From Desulfomonilia bacterium (lineage in GTDB: Bacteria > Desulfobacterota > Desulfomonilia > UBA1062), in assembly GCA_049975365.1 (NCBI GenBank), contig JBNGDS010000004.1, positions 17,150 to 81,149 on the forward strand: DNA of 64,000 nucleotides, in the 5' to 3' direction. The notes beneath the pieces are model-generated. The model made no database searches and was not told the DNA's origin. It was given only the letters and a program-made list of their open reading frames with translations. Below, in pieces: positions 49,853 to 60,149 of this stretch. A program made the position numbers and the translations under genes. Each line of letters starts with the position of its first letter. Within the stretch, counting starts at the first letter, position 1.

Positions 49853-50533
49853 TTACTCGAATACACTCACATACCGGTAGATTACCCAGAAGTGTGCACC
49901 GCTGCCGAGCATGACGAGAATATGGAAGATCTCGTGGTGCCCAAACACCAGGGGAAATGGATCGGGTTTTTGCGTCGCATAGACAATGGCTCCTGTGCTG
50001 TAGAAGAAGCCACCTGTGAGCAGCCAGAAGATCGCTCCCGGCTGAAGCGTCTGCAGAACCGGCCCGGTACCGATCAGGGCGAACCAGCCCACGCATACAT
50101 ACACGATGATGCAGACCCGTCGGGAGGTGTTGATCCAGAACAGCTTGTAGAGGGAGCCGAGAAATGCCATGATCCAGATGCAGACACAGACGCTCACCCC
50201 GAAGGGTCCTCTGAAAGGAATGAGGCAGAACGGTGTGTAGGTTGATGCGATAAAGATGAATATCATGATATGGTCGAGCTTTCTGAGCCTGGATGTTTCC
50301 TCTTCAGTGATGGGAAGCCAGTGGAAGAGGGTGCTGGTGGTGTACAGGAGAACCATGCTGGTGCCGAATATGGAGTATGTCGCCAGGTGCCATGGCCTGA
50401 GAGGGTCAGACGCCTCCTGGATGAGGAATATCAGACCCATGCATGCCAGAAGGGAACCGACAAAGTGGGTGAGTCCGTTTACCGGGTCTCTAAAGAGTGC
50501 GACGGACTCTCTGGTGGAAACACCTGCCTCCAT
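49853..50533 (-). CDS. Hemolysin III / PAQR family membrane protein
   Basis: 7 TM segments and the C-terminal HHEIFHILVMLGSGAHFWVIY motif typical of the HlyIII family. Confidence 0.8.
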   Translation of the reverse strand: MEAGVSTRESVALFRDPVNGLTHFVGSLLACMGLIFLIQEASDPLRPWHLATYSIFGTSMVLLYTTSTLFHWLPITEEETSRLRKLDHIMIFIFIASTYTPFCLIPFRGPFGVSVCVCIWIMAFLGSLYKLFWINTSRRVCIIVYVCVGWFALIGTGPVLQTLQPGAIFWLLTGGFFYSTGAIVYATQKPDPFPLVFGHHEIFHILVMLGSGAHFWVIYRYVSVFE

Positions 50534-50907
50534 ACCGACAAGAAACCTCCTGAGATCTGAGTTGAATCCCCGCAGGCTGTAGCCTCAAGAATGGTCCCAT
50601 TAGAAGAGACAGAACAAAGGGCACGCGATAGCCGGTGATCAGGCAGACATGCATGAAATATGTTTTTCCTGATCGAGCCCATACTCTCATTGTAGAAAGG
50701 GTCATTGTTTTCCCACCAGGAGAGTGTATTCATGTATCGTGCCATGAGTGTGAATGCAGATAATGAGTTGTAACTAATTGAAATAATGAGCTATATGAAA
50801 AACAAAAGCCTCGTGCAGTAGAGATGACAGCCCGAAAAGTGGAAAACATTTACACAACACTTCAAAATTAAGTGTAATCAAAGAGTGAGTATGTCGCTGG
50901 GAGAGCG

Positions 50908-51399
50908 CTATTCTTTTCTCAACACGACAGAGGTCTCCACCTGACGGTCCGGGATGTTCCAGTATATCCTGAGGAGGCGGGTTTTCTCCTGTTCACACAC
51001 GAGGGTGTACCCGTTCTTCTCGTAAAATGAGATCGCCCATGATGCGGCTGCCCATGTGCCGATGAGGATGGGTTTTTCCGCTAGGCCTTCCAGATGCCCA
51101 AGGAGCGTTGTTCCCACTCCCTGCCTCTGGAATTCCTCGAGTACGTAGGCATGGCGGATGAGTACCACCTTCACCCTGTCCTGAATGCCCATGACACCAC
51201 GGAATTGTCCCTCTTTCTGCAGGGCCCAGAACTCAACGCCATCGGCGATCTCTCCAAGGAGTTCATCCATGGTCATGTACGGTTCGTGCCACCTGTCGTA
51301 CGGAATTACGCCGTTGTACACCCGTGCCGATTTGTTGATGATCTCATGGATGATATGAATATCGGATTCACTGCACCTGCGTATCATGTCCGTCCCCAT
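50908..51399 (-). CDS. GNAT-family N-acetyltransferase
   Basis: Acetyl-CoA binding motif (RQGVGTTLL) in a 163 aa protein. Confidence 0.8.
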   Translation of the reverse strand: MGTDMIRRCSESDIHIIHEIINKSARVYNGVIPYDRWHEPYMTMDELLGEIADGVEFWALQKEGQFRGVMGIQDRVKVVLIRHAYVLEEFQRQGVGTTLLGHLEGLAEKPILIGTWAAASWAISFYEKNGYTLVCEQEKTRLLRIYWNIPDRQVETSVVLRKE

Positions 51400-51574
51400 G
51401 AAGGTGACAATCGCATGGATATACTGCTATACACAATCTCTCCAGAATGTGAACCTCTTGTTTTCACTGATCTCACGTACGTAGAAGTGGAACAATCACT
51501 ATCCTGCAGGAGAGGATGACGTTCTCCCACAGACAAAGATGGCAGAATGCGGTATACTACATATAAAGGATTGT

Positions 51575-51940
51575 ATGATGAAGGAATACCTGTACGAAAA
51601 GGCCGAGCAGGCACTCCTTGAAAAAGAGTTCGACCCGGCCAAGTCGACATCTCTTGCCCAGTGGAGTGCATCCGAGCTCTCGGGTACCTTCAGGACCGAC
51701 ACGGAGACCCTGTATGTGAGCGGGAAGGGTGAGTACTTCATCCTGTACGAAGGAGGCATGCACTCGCGTTTCCACGAACTCACCGGTGTGGAGACATGGT
51801 TCGGCGGATCATACATCAGACCTGTAACGGTTTCGGAGGCTGTTGCCTGGTGCGAAGAGACCGGCAACTACGAGGTCCTCGACAGGCACTTCCCCTACTA
51901 CCGGATTGTTGCACGCCGTGGCGGACCGGGCAAGGGATGA
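51575..51940 (+). CDS. Hypothetical protein
   Basis: AAGGA RBS then ATGATG (MMKEYLYEKAEQ...). No family recognised. Confidence 0.4.
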   Translation: MMKEYLYEKAEQALLEKEFDPAKSTSLAQWSASELSGTFRTDTETLYVSGKGEYFILYEGGMHSRFHELTGVETWFGGSYIRPVTVSEAVAWCEETGNYEVLDRHFPYYRIVARRGGPGKG

Positions 51941-52258
51941 AGGTGTTTCTGGAATACCAGGGTTCGTCAATGTCTGAATGAGTGGAGAGAACCCTGGCTC
52001 ACCGAGAAATATCTGAACATGCCCGATAGTATACTCAGGTTCCGGCAATCATGCCAGCACTGTCTCCACTCACTTTTCCCATACGATACACGCAGAATAT
52101 CCCCTGTGTATCGACCAGGGATTGAATCAGGTCAAAAGGGATTTTTTTGACTGGATGATAGCACACGTTGTGGGGACATTGTCAGACCTTGCTTTTCATC
52201 CCAGGCTTCTTAATTAGAGAATATACAGAAACCACACATTCGCGAGGGAGAGAAAACC

Positions 52259-52558
52259 ATGCAATTTCTTATTATCGCCTATGATGGTACAGATGAGCAT
52301 GCCCAACAGAGAAGGCTTGCCCATCGGGAACAGCACCTCTCTCAGATCGAAACACTCAAAGAAGAAGGGAAAGCCCTTTTTGGTGCTGCGCAGCTCAACG
52401 AACAATCAGAAATGATCGGATCTGTCCTTGTCATGGAGTTTGGGACTCAAGAAGAACTGAAAGAATACCTGGAGAAGGAACCCTATGTGACAGGAGGGGT
52501 CTGGGAAAAAATCGATGTGAAGCCATGTGCGATAGCCCCTCTTTTCCTGAACACATGA
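52259..52558 (+). CDS. YciI-family protein
   Basis: 99 aa with the typical YCII-related pattern (HLS...KEEGKALFGAAQL...GSVLVMEFGTQEELKEYLEKEPY). GGGAGAG RBS. Confidence 0.7.
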   Translation: MQFLIIAYDGTDEHAQQRRLAHREQHLSQIETLKEEGKALFGAAQLNEQSEMIGSVLVMEFGTQEELKEYLEKEPYVTGGVWEKIDVKPCAIAPLFLNT

Positions 52559-52659
52559 ACACGAAGACAGGGACGAATCGAACCAGACCAAGAGAGGAGT
52601 GAATCCCGACGGGCGTGCACCACGAACATGATCGGCGGAGGGTGACTGGAGGATTGCCA

Positions 52660-53229
52660 ATGGAGAATTTCCGAGAACTTGCACAACTCAGGCGGTCGAT
52701 CCGGGATTTCGAGGACAAGACAATTTCAGATTCGATTCTCCAGGAAATCATCACCGAGAGCTGCCTTGCACCGAATGCCCAGAACTCTCAACCCTGGAGA
52801 TTTATCATCATTCATGACAAAGCTCTCATCCAGCGCCTGTCCGATGAGAGCAAAAAGAACATTCTACAGAGGATCAACACCGATTCGGCACCCAACCTGA
52901 ACAAATACCGTGAGATCCTGAAAGATAGAAACTTCAACGTCTTCTATAACGCACCGTGCCTGATCTATATTGCGGGGCCGAAAGATGTCCGAAGCCTTCA
53001 GGTCGACTGCGCCCTGTGGGCCTGTTATTTCATGCTCTCCGCAGCTTCCAGGGGGTTGGGAACATGCTGGGTGGACCTTGGTTCAGATATTCAGAGTCAG
53101 GAACTCCTCGCTGAGATCGGACTGCCCGAAGGACACCGGATCGTGGCGCCGCTCATTGTGGGATACCCGAAGACAATCCCGGACCCTCCAAAAAGAGATG
53201 CACCCAAGGTATTGAAAATCGTATCATAG
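52660..53229 (+). CDS. Nitroreductase family protein
   Basis: RRSIRDF and APNAQNSQPWRF motifs. GGAGG RBS then ATG (MENFRELAQL). Confidence 0.8.
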   Translation: MENFRELAQLRRSIRDFEDKTISDSILQEIITESCLAPNAQNSQPWRFIIIHDKALIQRLSDESKKNILQRINTDSAPNLNKYREILKDRNFNVFYNAPCLIYIAGPKDVRSLQVDCALWACYFMLSAASRGLGTCWVDLGSDIQSQELLAEIGLPEGHRIVAPLIVGYPKTIPDPPKRDAPKVLKIVS

Positions 53230-53260
53230 CCTCCAGGGGGAAAAGGTGAACAGGGGGGAG

Positions 53261-53623
53261 TTATTTATTGAAAAGATTTTTTTTCTCTGTGAATGTTTCC
53301 CATTTCTGTCCGTTCGACGTAGAATGTACTGTCACTGCAAGCTCGTCTTTGAATGTGTCGACCCGTACAACCGTTCCATGGACGCTGAATGATTCAGACG
53401 GAAGAAAGATAGTGATCTCTGCACTCTGAAACACATGGGCCTGTTCGGGCTTGAAAAACGCAAACAGCTCTGGAGAGGAGATACACACGCCACTCTTGCT
53501 TACGTTCTTGATAAGTCCTATGCCTTTCAGGTGGACCCCGATCTTCAGGTGCACATCGATCTTCAGGGGTTTGCGCTCGAATTTTCTCCTGTCATTAAAA
53601 AAGTTGTACGCCGAATCCTGCAT
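53261..53623 (-). CDS. PilZ-domain (c-di-GMP-binding) protein
   Basis: RRKFERKPL ... GLIKNVSKSGVCI matches the RxxxR/DxSxxG PilZ signature. Confidence 0.65.
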   Translation of the reverse strand: MQDSAYNFFNDRRKFERKPLKIDVHLKIGVHLKGIGLIKNVSKSGVCISSPELFAFFKPEQAHVFQSAEITIFLPSESFSVHGTVVRVDTFKDELAVTVHSTSNGQKWETFTEKKNLFNK

Positions 53624-54128
53624 CCCACGTTCTCCTTAAAAGGAAAGTTTCACGGGTTGACGCACGTGTTCACGTCTCATGGATTACGTCGGTTTCTTTC
53701 GTCTGTAACTTGAGGCTTTTTTTGAGATATTTCTTCACAGCTCGATAGAGGAGGGAGAGGCTGATTCATGAACGAGAAGGCTGCAGAGAGAGTCTGTCAA
53801 AAGCATGATGAGAAGACGGTGCTCCCGCCTACGCCGAACAATTTTGTTCCATCCCGAGATGGTTTCCCCCCTCGATCGTACATACCCAGGCCCGGTGTGG
53901 ATCACGAAAGGGCGGCACGCAGCCCCTTGAACCCTGGGTTTAAAGATATGAGAGAATTGTTGGTACCAAGTTTGCTTGCTGAAGAACATATGGGCGGGAC
54001 ACCTGACATGAACCTCATACGAATCTCGCGAGCATGGTGGGTGCTGCCGGTCATGACTGGGAAAGCTTCAGGAATCATACCATGTATGTGCAGCGAAAGA
54101 AAGACATCGGGCGGTGAAGGGTTCTGAT

Positions 54129-55526
54129 ATGCACCCTCTGCAAGACGATCACTGGCATGAAGAATGTGGTGTTTTCGGGATATGGAATCACTCCAGAGCC
54201 GCTGAGCAGATCTACCTGGGCCTGTATGCCCTTCAGCACAGAGGGCAGGAGAGTTCTGGGATCGCATCATCAGACGGATGCGATATCCATCTGCACAAAG
54301 GGCTTGGCCTGGTGTGGTCAGTATTTGCGGATCCAACCGCAATGCCCCGTCTGTCAGGATGTGCGGCGATAGGGCACAACAGGTATTCAACGAGGGGCTC
54401 AAGTGATCTGATCAATGCACAGCCGATCTCCATCGAGTGCAAGGCTGGCAAGATCGCTGTGGCGCATAACGGGACCATCACCAATGCAAAGGATATCAGG
54501 ATGAGCATGCGGCAGAAGGGGTCCATATTTCAGACCACCTCTGACAGCGAACTTGTTCTCCACCTGATTGCCCGTTCACAGAAGTCCACGATCGTCGATG
54601 CGGTCATGGATGCCTTGAGCCACCTCATCGGTTCGTATTGCTTTCTCTTTCTCACACCAGGAATGCTCATCGCTGCCAGAGATGCATACGGATTCAGACC
54701 CCTCAATCTCGGAAGACTCGGTGAAGCAATTGTCATTGCATCCGAGAGCTGTGCCTTCGACATCATCGGTGCCGAATACATCAGATCGATAGAGCCTGGC
54801 GAGGTGGTCTGTATCGATGAGAAGGGGATTACTTCACGGATGCTCCCGCGCGTAGAGAAGAGGTGTTTCTGCATCTTCGAGCACATCTATTTTTCCCGCC
54901 CCGACAGTCTCATATTTGGAGAAAAAGTGGACAAGATCCGCCGGAGGCTGGGCAAACAGCTAGCCCTTGAAGAACCGGCAGACGCCGATATCGTCATCTC
55001 GGTGCCTGACTCGGGGAACACTGCAGCGCTCGGATACGCACGGGCCTCGGGAATCAAGTACGAGATCGGGCTCATCCGGAATCACTACGTGGGGAGGACA
55101 TTCATTGCACCGCACCAGGACAAGAGAAAGCTCGATGTGAAAGTAAAGCTCAATCCTGTCTCAGGTGTTCTTCAACAGAGACGAGTGGTGCTTGTGGATG
55201 ACTCCATCGTACGGGGCACGACCATGCGGCAGATCGTGAGGCTCCTTCGGGACAAGGGTGCACGTGAGGTGCACGTGAGAATCAGTTCACCGCCCATCAG
55301 GTTCCCCTGCTTCTATGGGATTGATATTTCGAAGAGGGCCGAACTCATTGCCGGCTATCAGACGATCGGGGAGATCCGCGACTATCTCGAGGCCGATTCA
55401 CTGGGGTATCTCACCATCCCAGGGCTTCTGAGTACGGTCGATGACCCACAGAACTACTGCACGGCGTGTTTTACCGGGGAATACCCGACACCAGTTCCAG
55501 AGAATTTTGACAAGTACCGCATCTGA
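54129..55526 (+). CDS. purF: Amidophosphoribosyltransferase
   Basis: ECGVFGIW N-terminal nucleophile segment, Ntn-GATase and PRTase domains. The track ORF starts at GTG 54114; I prefer ATG 54129. Confidence 0.9.
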   Translation: MHPLQDDHWHEECGVFGIWNHSRAAEQIYLGLYALQHRGQESSGIASSDGCDIHLHKGLGLVWSVFADPTAMPRLSGCAAIGHNRYSTRGSSDLINAQPISIECKAGKIAVAHNGTITNAKDIRMSMRQKGSIFQTTSDSELVLHLIARSQKSTIVDAVMDALSHLIGSYCFLFLTPGMLIAARDAYGFRPLNLGRLGEAIVIASESCAFDIIGAEYIRSIEPGEVVCIDEKGITSRMLPRVEKRCFCIFEHIYFSRPDSLIFGEKVDKIRRRLGKQLALEEPADADIVISVPDSGNTAALGYARASGIKYEIGLIRNHYVGRTFIAPHQDKRKLDVKVKLNPVSGVLQQRRVVLVDDSIVRGTTMRQIVRLLRDKGAREVHVRISSPPIRFPCFYGIDISKRAELIAGYQTIGEIRDYLEADSLGYLTIPGLLSTVDDPQNYCTACFTGEYPTPVPENFDKYRI

Positions 55527-55575
55527 CGATCAACAGGACGACACACAGAATCGATCGATCTCTGAACACGGTTCC

Positions 55576-55621
55576 TGAACAGATTTGTTGGATATCTGGC
55601 AGACCTGAACAAATTTGTTCA
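55576..55621. promoter_or_regulatory. Tandem palindromic sites (TGAACAGATTTGTTGG and perfect 16-bp palindrome TGAACAAATTTGTTCA) roughly 200 bp upstream of a sigma-54 promoter; candidate enhancer-binding-protein sites
   Basis: Sites at 55576-55591 and 55606-55621 (centre-to-centre 30 bp), plus a third CTGAACA half-site at 55562. A related site TTGAACAAGTTTGTGCAA is found upstream of amtB. Confidence 0.4.
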
Positions 55622-55815
55622 CTTCCCTCCATGGTGTTGAGACCCCCTTACCCGTGTACACACCAGGACAGAGTTTCTTCTGTCATATCCTGAGGAGGAT
55701 CCCAGAAATTTAGGGAATACAGGAAGTTAGGAATAAAATGTCATCCTTCCTCAGGTTCCTGATCAGCCAGAACAGGTGGAAAATTCATGCCCTTCAGGTC
55801 ACCGTGAACTGTTCC

Positions 55816-55831
55816 TGGCACATCAGTTGCT
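55816..55831 (+). promoter_or_regulatory. Sigma-54 (-24/-12) promoter TGGCAC-N5-TTGCT upstream of the AsnA-like gene
   Basis: Exact match to the TGGCAC-N5-TTGCW consensus at 55816-55831, about 75 nt upstream of the ATG at 55906. Confidence 0.55.
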
Positions 55832-55905
55832 TTTCAAAGGGGTCAGGGTGGAGGACTCTTTCGTGATCCTCTTTCCTGCTGAAACCACACAACAGGAGGT
55901 ACTCT

Positions 55906-57129
55906 ATGGGATTCATTGGCGAAGATCTGTTTCACTTTCAGGCAACACTGGTTCAATCAGGCATGAGCTTTGAAGAGTTTATAAGAGAAAACTACATAAA
56001 CAAGTGGGTGAACGATGAGATCTACCATGCCATGAGAATCCGTACAACCCTGGTTTCAGCCATACAGAATTACCTCGTCAATGAAGGCCTCGTGAATCTT
56101 GAGCGAATACAGATGAGCCCGGTGACCGACCCTCTGGCTCATGACGTCGAGCATGTACCCACGATTCACTACAAGGGCATGCCCTATGTAGCGACGCATT
56201 CCATGATCTACAGCAAGTTTCTCGCGTGCTTCAATCCCAGGATCAAGGGGATATTTGTGGATTCGCCGAACATACGACTGGAGATCGAGAGTCCCCAAAG
56301 GAAGCAACGGGGGAAATACCTCATTGATTTTTCCCAGATAGACATGGAAATCCGTCGCAATCGCGGCATCGGTATTGATGAATACAAGAACAAACCGGAA
56401 CAGGTGAAGGCGATCTTGGCGGAAGACATGGAAAAAGCCATCGATTTCTTCGAACGCATGATGGTGGCTGCACTACAGGCAATCCTCGAGGAGAATGAAG
56501 ATGAACTCAAGGCACTCGGGGTAGCACTCGAGCTTCCGGTGCAGCCGTTTCCCCGTATTCGGCACGACGAGGCGGTAAAGCTCTACGGGAAAGTGGATCT
56601 GGATGCCAAGGTCGGAGAGGAGATCTCCTCGCAGTTCTTCTGGATAACCGGCCTGATGCGGGAGAACTACGACCTCATCTACCCGTACATACTCCCCGAT
56701 GGATCAAAAATTCCGCTGTCATCATTCACGTCGGACATGGTCTACAATTACGATATCTGTGCCAAATCCATCATACGTAAGACCAACACCTATACGCCCG
56801 CTCTCGAGATTCTCTCGGGTGCCATACGGGAATGGCTCTATGAACCAATTGTTCAGAGACTGATCGACAACAAGATCATCCTGGAAGAGCCTGTGTTCAA
56901 GGACGGGGTCCTTGAAAACATCTCCAATCTTGACGGGTACGGCCCGTTCCTCACTGCTGTGAACATGAAGGACGCACATGGGCACCCTCTGTTCCCCGAG
57001 ACATTCGGCGCTGGTATCGGAGTCGAGCGGTCATTGTATGCGCTGCTCAAGGGACCGAAGATCGAAAAAATCGATGATGTGACCTGCTTCGGGAAGAACC
57101 CGGACTCATACCCGCTATTCCTGTTCTGA
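55906..57129 (+). CDS. Class-II aminoacyl-tRNA-synthetase-like catalytic-core protein (AsnA / aspartate-ammonia-ligase-like candidate)
   Basis: 407 aa. C-terminal FGAGIGVERSLYALL resembles class II motif 3 / AsnA GGGIGQSRL. No anticodon-binding domain. AGGAGG RBS. Confidence 0.45.
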   Translation: MGFIGEDLFHFQATLVQSGMSFEEFIRENYINKWVNDEIYHAMRIRTTLVSAIQNYLVNEGLVNLERIQMSPVTDPLAHDVEHVPTIHYKGMPYVATHSMIYSKFLACFNPRIKGIFVDSPNIRLEIESPQRKQRGKYLIDFSQIDMEIRRNRGIGIDEYKNKPEQVKAILAEDMEKAIDFFERMMVAALQAILEENEDELKALGVALELPVQPFPRIRHDEAVKLYGKVDLDAKVGEEISSQFFWITGLMRENYDLIYPYILPDGSKIPLSSFTSDMVYNYDICAKSIIRKTNTYTPALEILSGAIREWLYEPIVQRLIDNKIILEEPVFKDGVLENISNLDGYGPFLTAVNMKDAHGHPLFPETFGAGIGVERSLYALLKGPKIEKIDDVTCFGKNPDSYPLFLF

Positions 57130-57262
57130 CGAACTCTGTCAGGCCCCCTCCTGCGATGCGGCCCTTCCACACCCGCCCTGGGTGGAGGGGCCATTTTTTA
57201 CGCAGGGAGAGAACAGGGTATGTTCTCTTCACAGCTGCAGGTCACATCATCAGGGAAACCGA

Positions 57263-59782
57263 TTATCCCGAAACTGCTTCCCGGATGCTCGTGATGAGAT
57301 CCTTCATGAGGCCAGGATCCGTGATCTTTTCCCCCGACTCATCTACCACGTAGAAGACGTCTGAACTTGGGTCGGCACTGTGTGAGACAAATGCCCGGTG
57401 AATGTCCAGATGAAAGCCTGTGATGATCGTTGCGACACGGTTCAGGAGTGCGAATTTCTTGGGCCTTGTCACCTCAATGAGGCTGAAGAAATCAGAGTAT
57501 TCGTTGTCGATTATGACCGTGGGCATGCGCCTGGTGTTTCCTGAGGCCTTGTATTTTGGAATCCGTATGGATGCAAGACGTTTTTCAATGTCCAGAGATC
57601 CTGAACAGGCCTGCCTGAACTGGAGTTCAACCCTGTCCCACTCATGAAAATTCTTCCATGCCGGAACCAGGGTGAACACATCCACCGCGATACCGTCGAG
57701 CCAGGTGAATACCTTTGCGGATATGATTTCAAGCTGGTTGATTGCAAGGATTCCCGTGAGCAGTGCAAACAGACCAGGACGGTCACGGGCAATGACTGCC
57801 AGAACGACATGCTCTCCCTCGTGCCGGACATCGAGTTTGATGTCATCGTGGGCCAGAATGTGAGAACTGAGGGCGATGTGTGTTTTTATGTCCGACACCT
57901 CTGAGTGAAGAATATAGGCTTGTGGAAGTGCCCAGAGACGCCCTGCATGGGATGGGCCGATATCCAGGGGAACCTCTTCGATGAGCTGCTCCCATTTCTT
58001 TTCAAGGGCGATGCTTGTTTCCGGGTCTTTGAAGATCCCTGTTTCCAGGACATGCAGCACCTTGGAGAAGAGTTCCCTGATGAGGGCGGCACGCTACTGG
58101 TTCCAGGCCCTTGGCCCCGTAGCCCGTGAATCTGCCACGGTGAGAAGGTACAGCATGGTAAGCCTCTGTGCATCTCCTACACACCGGGCGCACTCCATGG
58201 CGACCCGTTCCTCGGAGAGATCACGCTTTACAGCGAGATTTGCAAGGAGAAGATGATTCCTCACGAGAAATTCAACGAGTTCTGCGCGATCTTCAGTCAT
58301 GTCAAGCTGTCTCGCGATCCGGCATGCAACAGGAGCCCCTGTATCCGCATGAGGTCTCCCGAACCCCTTCCCGATGTCATGCAAGAGCGCACTGAGATAC
58401 AACACATCAGGATCGCCGATCTTTCTGAAGAGCTCCTTCTCCTCCAGTTCAAGAGAGGTGAGTTCTGCTACGGTATTGATACTGTGCAGGTCTGTCGTAT
58501 AGGTGTGGTATGGGTCAGGCTGGGTTCTCCCCTTGATGAAGGAGAATTCCGGGATGAAACGCTCCAGCACACCAAGTTCGAGCATGGATGTCAGCGATTT
58601 TTTGCTGTCTCGAAGCCTGAGAAGCGAAAGAAAACATACCTTGGCACGGGGGTCGTGGCGGGCCATTTCAACGAGGCCCGGTGTATTCTTCAGCATCACC
58701 CTGGCAGATGGTGAGAGAATGGCATTTTGGAGGGTTATATGTTTGAAAAGCTGGACCATGAGAAACGGATTCAGTTCCAGGTCATCTCTGCTGGTCACGG
58801 TGAGCTGGCCCGAGATGATGGTGAAATGCCCATCGACTACGCGATTCTTTCCCATGGAAGAGAGGCCGAGCGAGTGTTCTGCCGTGGAGAGAAGGAGTTC
58901 GCTGAGGGTCTTTATCACCAGGGCACTTCGATGATAGGTTCTCATGAGCAGTTCACCGGGTGACTCGACCCCGTTGTCCACAAAGCCAAGCGCCTGTGCA
59001 AGGGGATCCTGATACTCGATGTACACCCTGTCGTTCTTTCTGCCCGATATCTCGTGCAGTGCATATCTGATCTGTAGAATGGAATCAACTGCCAGGCAGA
59101 GTTGTGAGGTGTCCATCTCGTGAAGGATGTGATCCAGGCTCCCGGAGAGATTCTGTTCCTCGAGGACTTTCCGGCCCCACAGGATGCTGTGGTAATCCCT
59201 TAGTCCGCCGAGTCCCTCCTTGAGGTCAGGTTCCAGGATATAGGCGGTATCACCATATTTTTCATGACGTTTCCTGGTGTGGAAGATGAGATTTTGAAAG
59301 AATTTTTTCCCATTGCTCAACACCCTGTCATGAACCAGGGCATCTCGAAGGGTATTCAGACATTCTTCCGATCCCCAGATGTGCCTGGCATCGAACAGGG
59401 ATGTTCTGAAAAAGAAATCTTTCCGGGCATCAGATACGGCCTGCCGTATGGTCCTGACACTGTAACTTGCATGGAACCCCACATCCCACAGAGGATAGAG
59501 GACTTCTTCCAGAACACTGCGGATCTCGCGGTACGGAGTATGCTTCTCCACAAGCAGGAGAATATCGAGGTCAGAATGTGGACAGAGATCCATTCGTCCG
59601 TATCCTCCGAGTGCAATGATAGCCCACTCGGGCTCTGAGACATCGAAGTAGCGCGAACAGAGCGAGGTGAGCTCTCTGTCAGCAATGGATGTGCGATCCC
59701 TGACAAGGGACGTGCCTTCCATGGCAGATCGGGCTATTTGAATTTCAGGCAGGAGAGAATGAACGGGCTCCTGTTCCGGCAT
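57263..59782 (-). pseudogene. glnD: [Protein-PII] uridylyltransferase/uridylyl-removing enzyme GlnD, interrupted by an in-frame TAG
   Basis: ORF 58094-59863 holds the nucleotidyltransferase and HD domains (LHDIGKG) and ends ...ADSRATGPRAWNQ*. Reading on in the same frame gives RAALIRELFSKVLHVLETG... and two ACT domains (ORF 57263-58060). The TAG (complement of 58094-58096) sits where GlnD proteins have a conserved Trp (AWNxW), so it is a TGG-to-TAG change. TAG is used as a normal stop elsewhere, for example in hflC. Confidence 0.75.
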
Positions 59783-59783
59783 A

Positions 59784-60149
<366 letters not shown>

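Noticed and set aside
47815-53623. Integrative element or genomic island at tRNA-Thr.
   Set aside because: There is no integrase, recombinase, transposase or phage gene, and no visible direct repeat of the tRNA 3' end. It is kept only as a low-interest note.
53768-54127. 119-aa plus-strand ORF immediately upstream of purF.
   Set aside because: It is Pro/Arg-rich and low-complexity, has no RBS and no domain. It is more likely the purF leader region.
55606-55621. Palindrome TGAACAAATTTGTTCA read as a Cheo-type LexA/SOS box (GAAC-N4-GTTC).
   Set aside because: The spacing here is GAAC-N6-GTTC, not N4. The location (upstream of a sigma-54 promoter) and the related site at amtB fit an enhancer-binding-protein site better.
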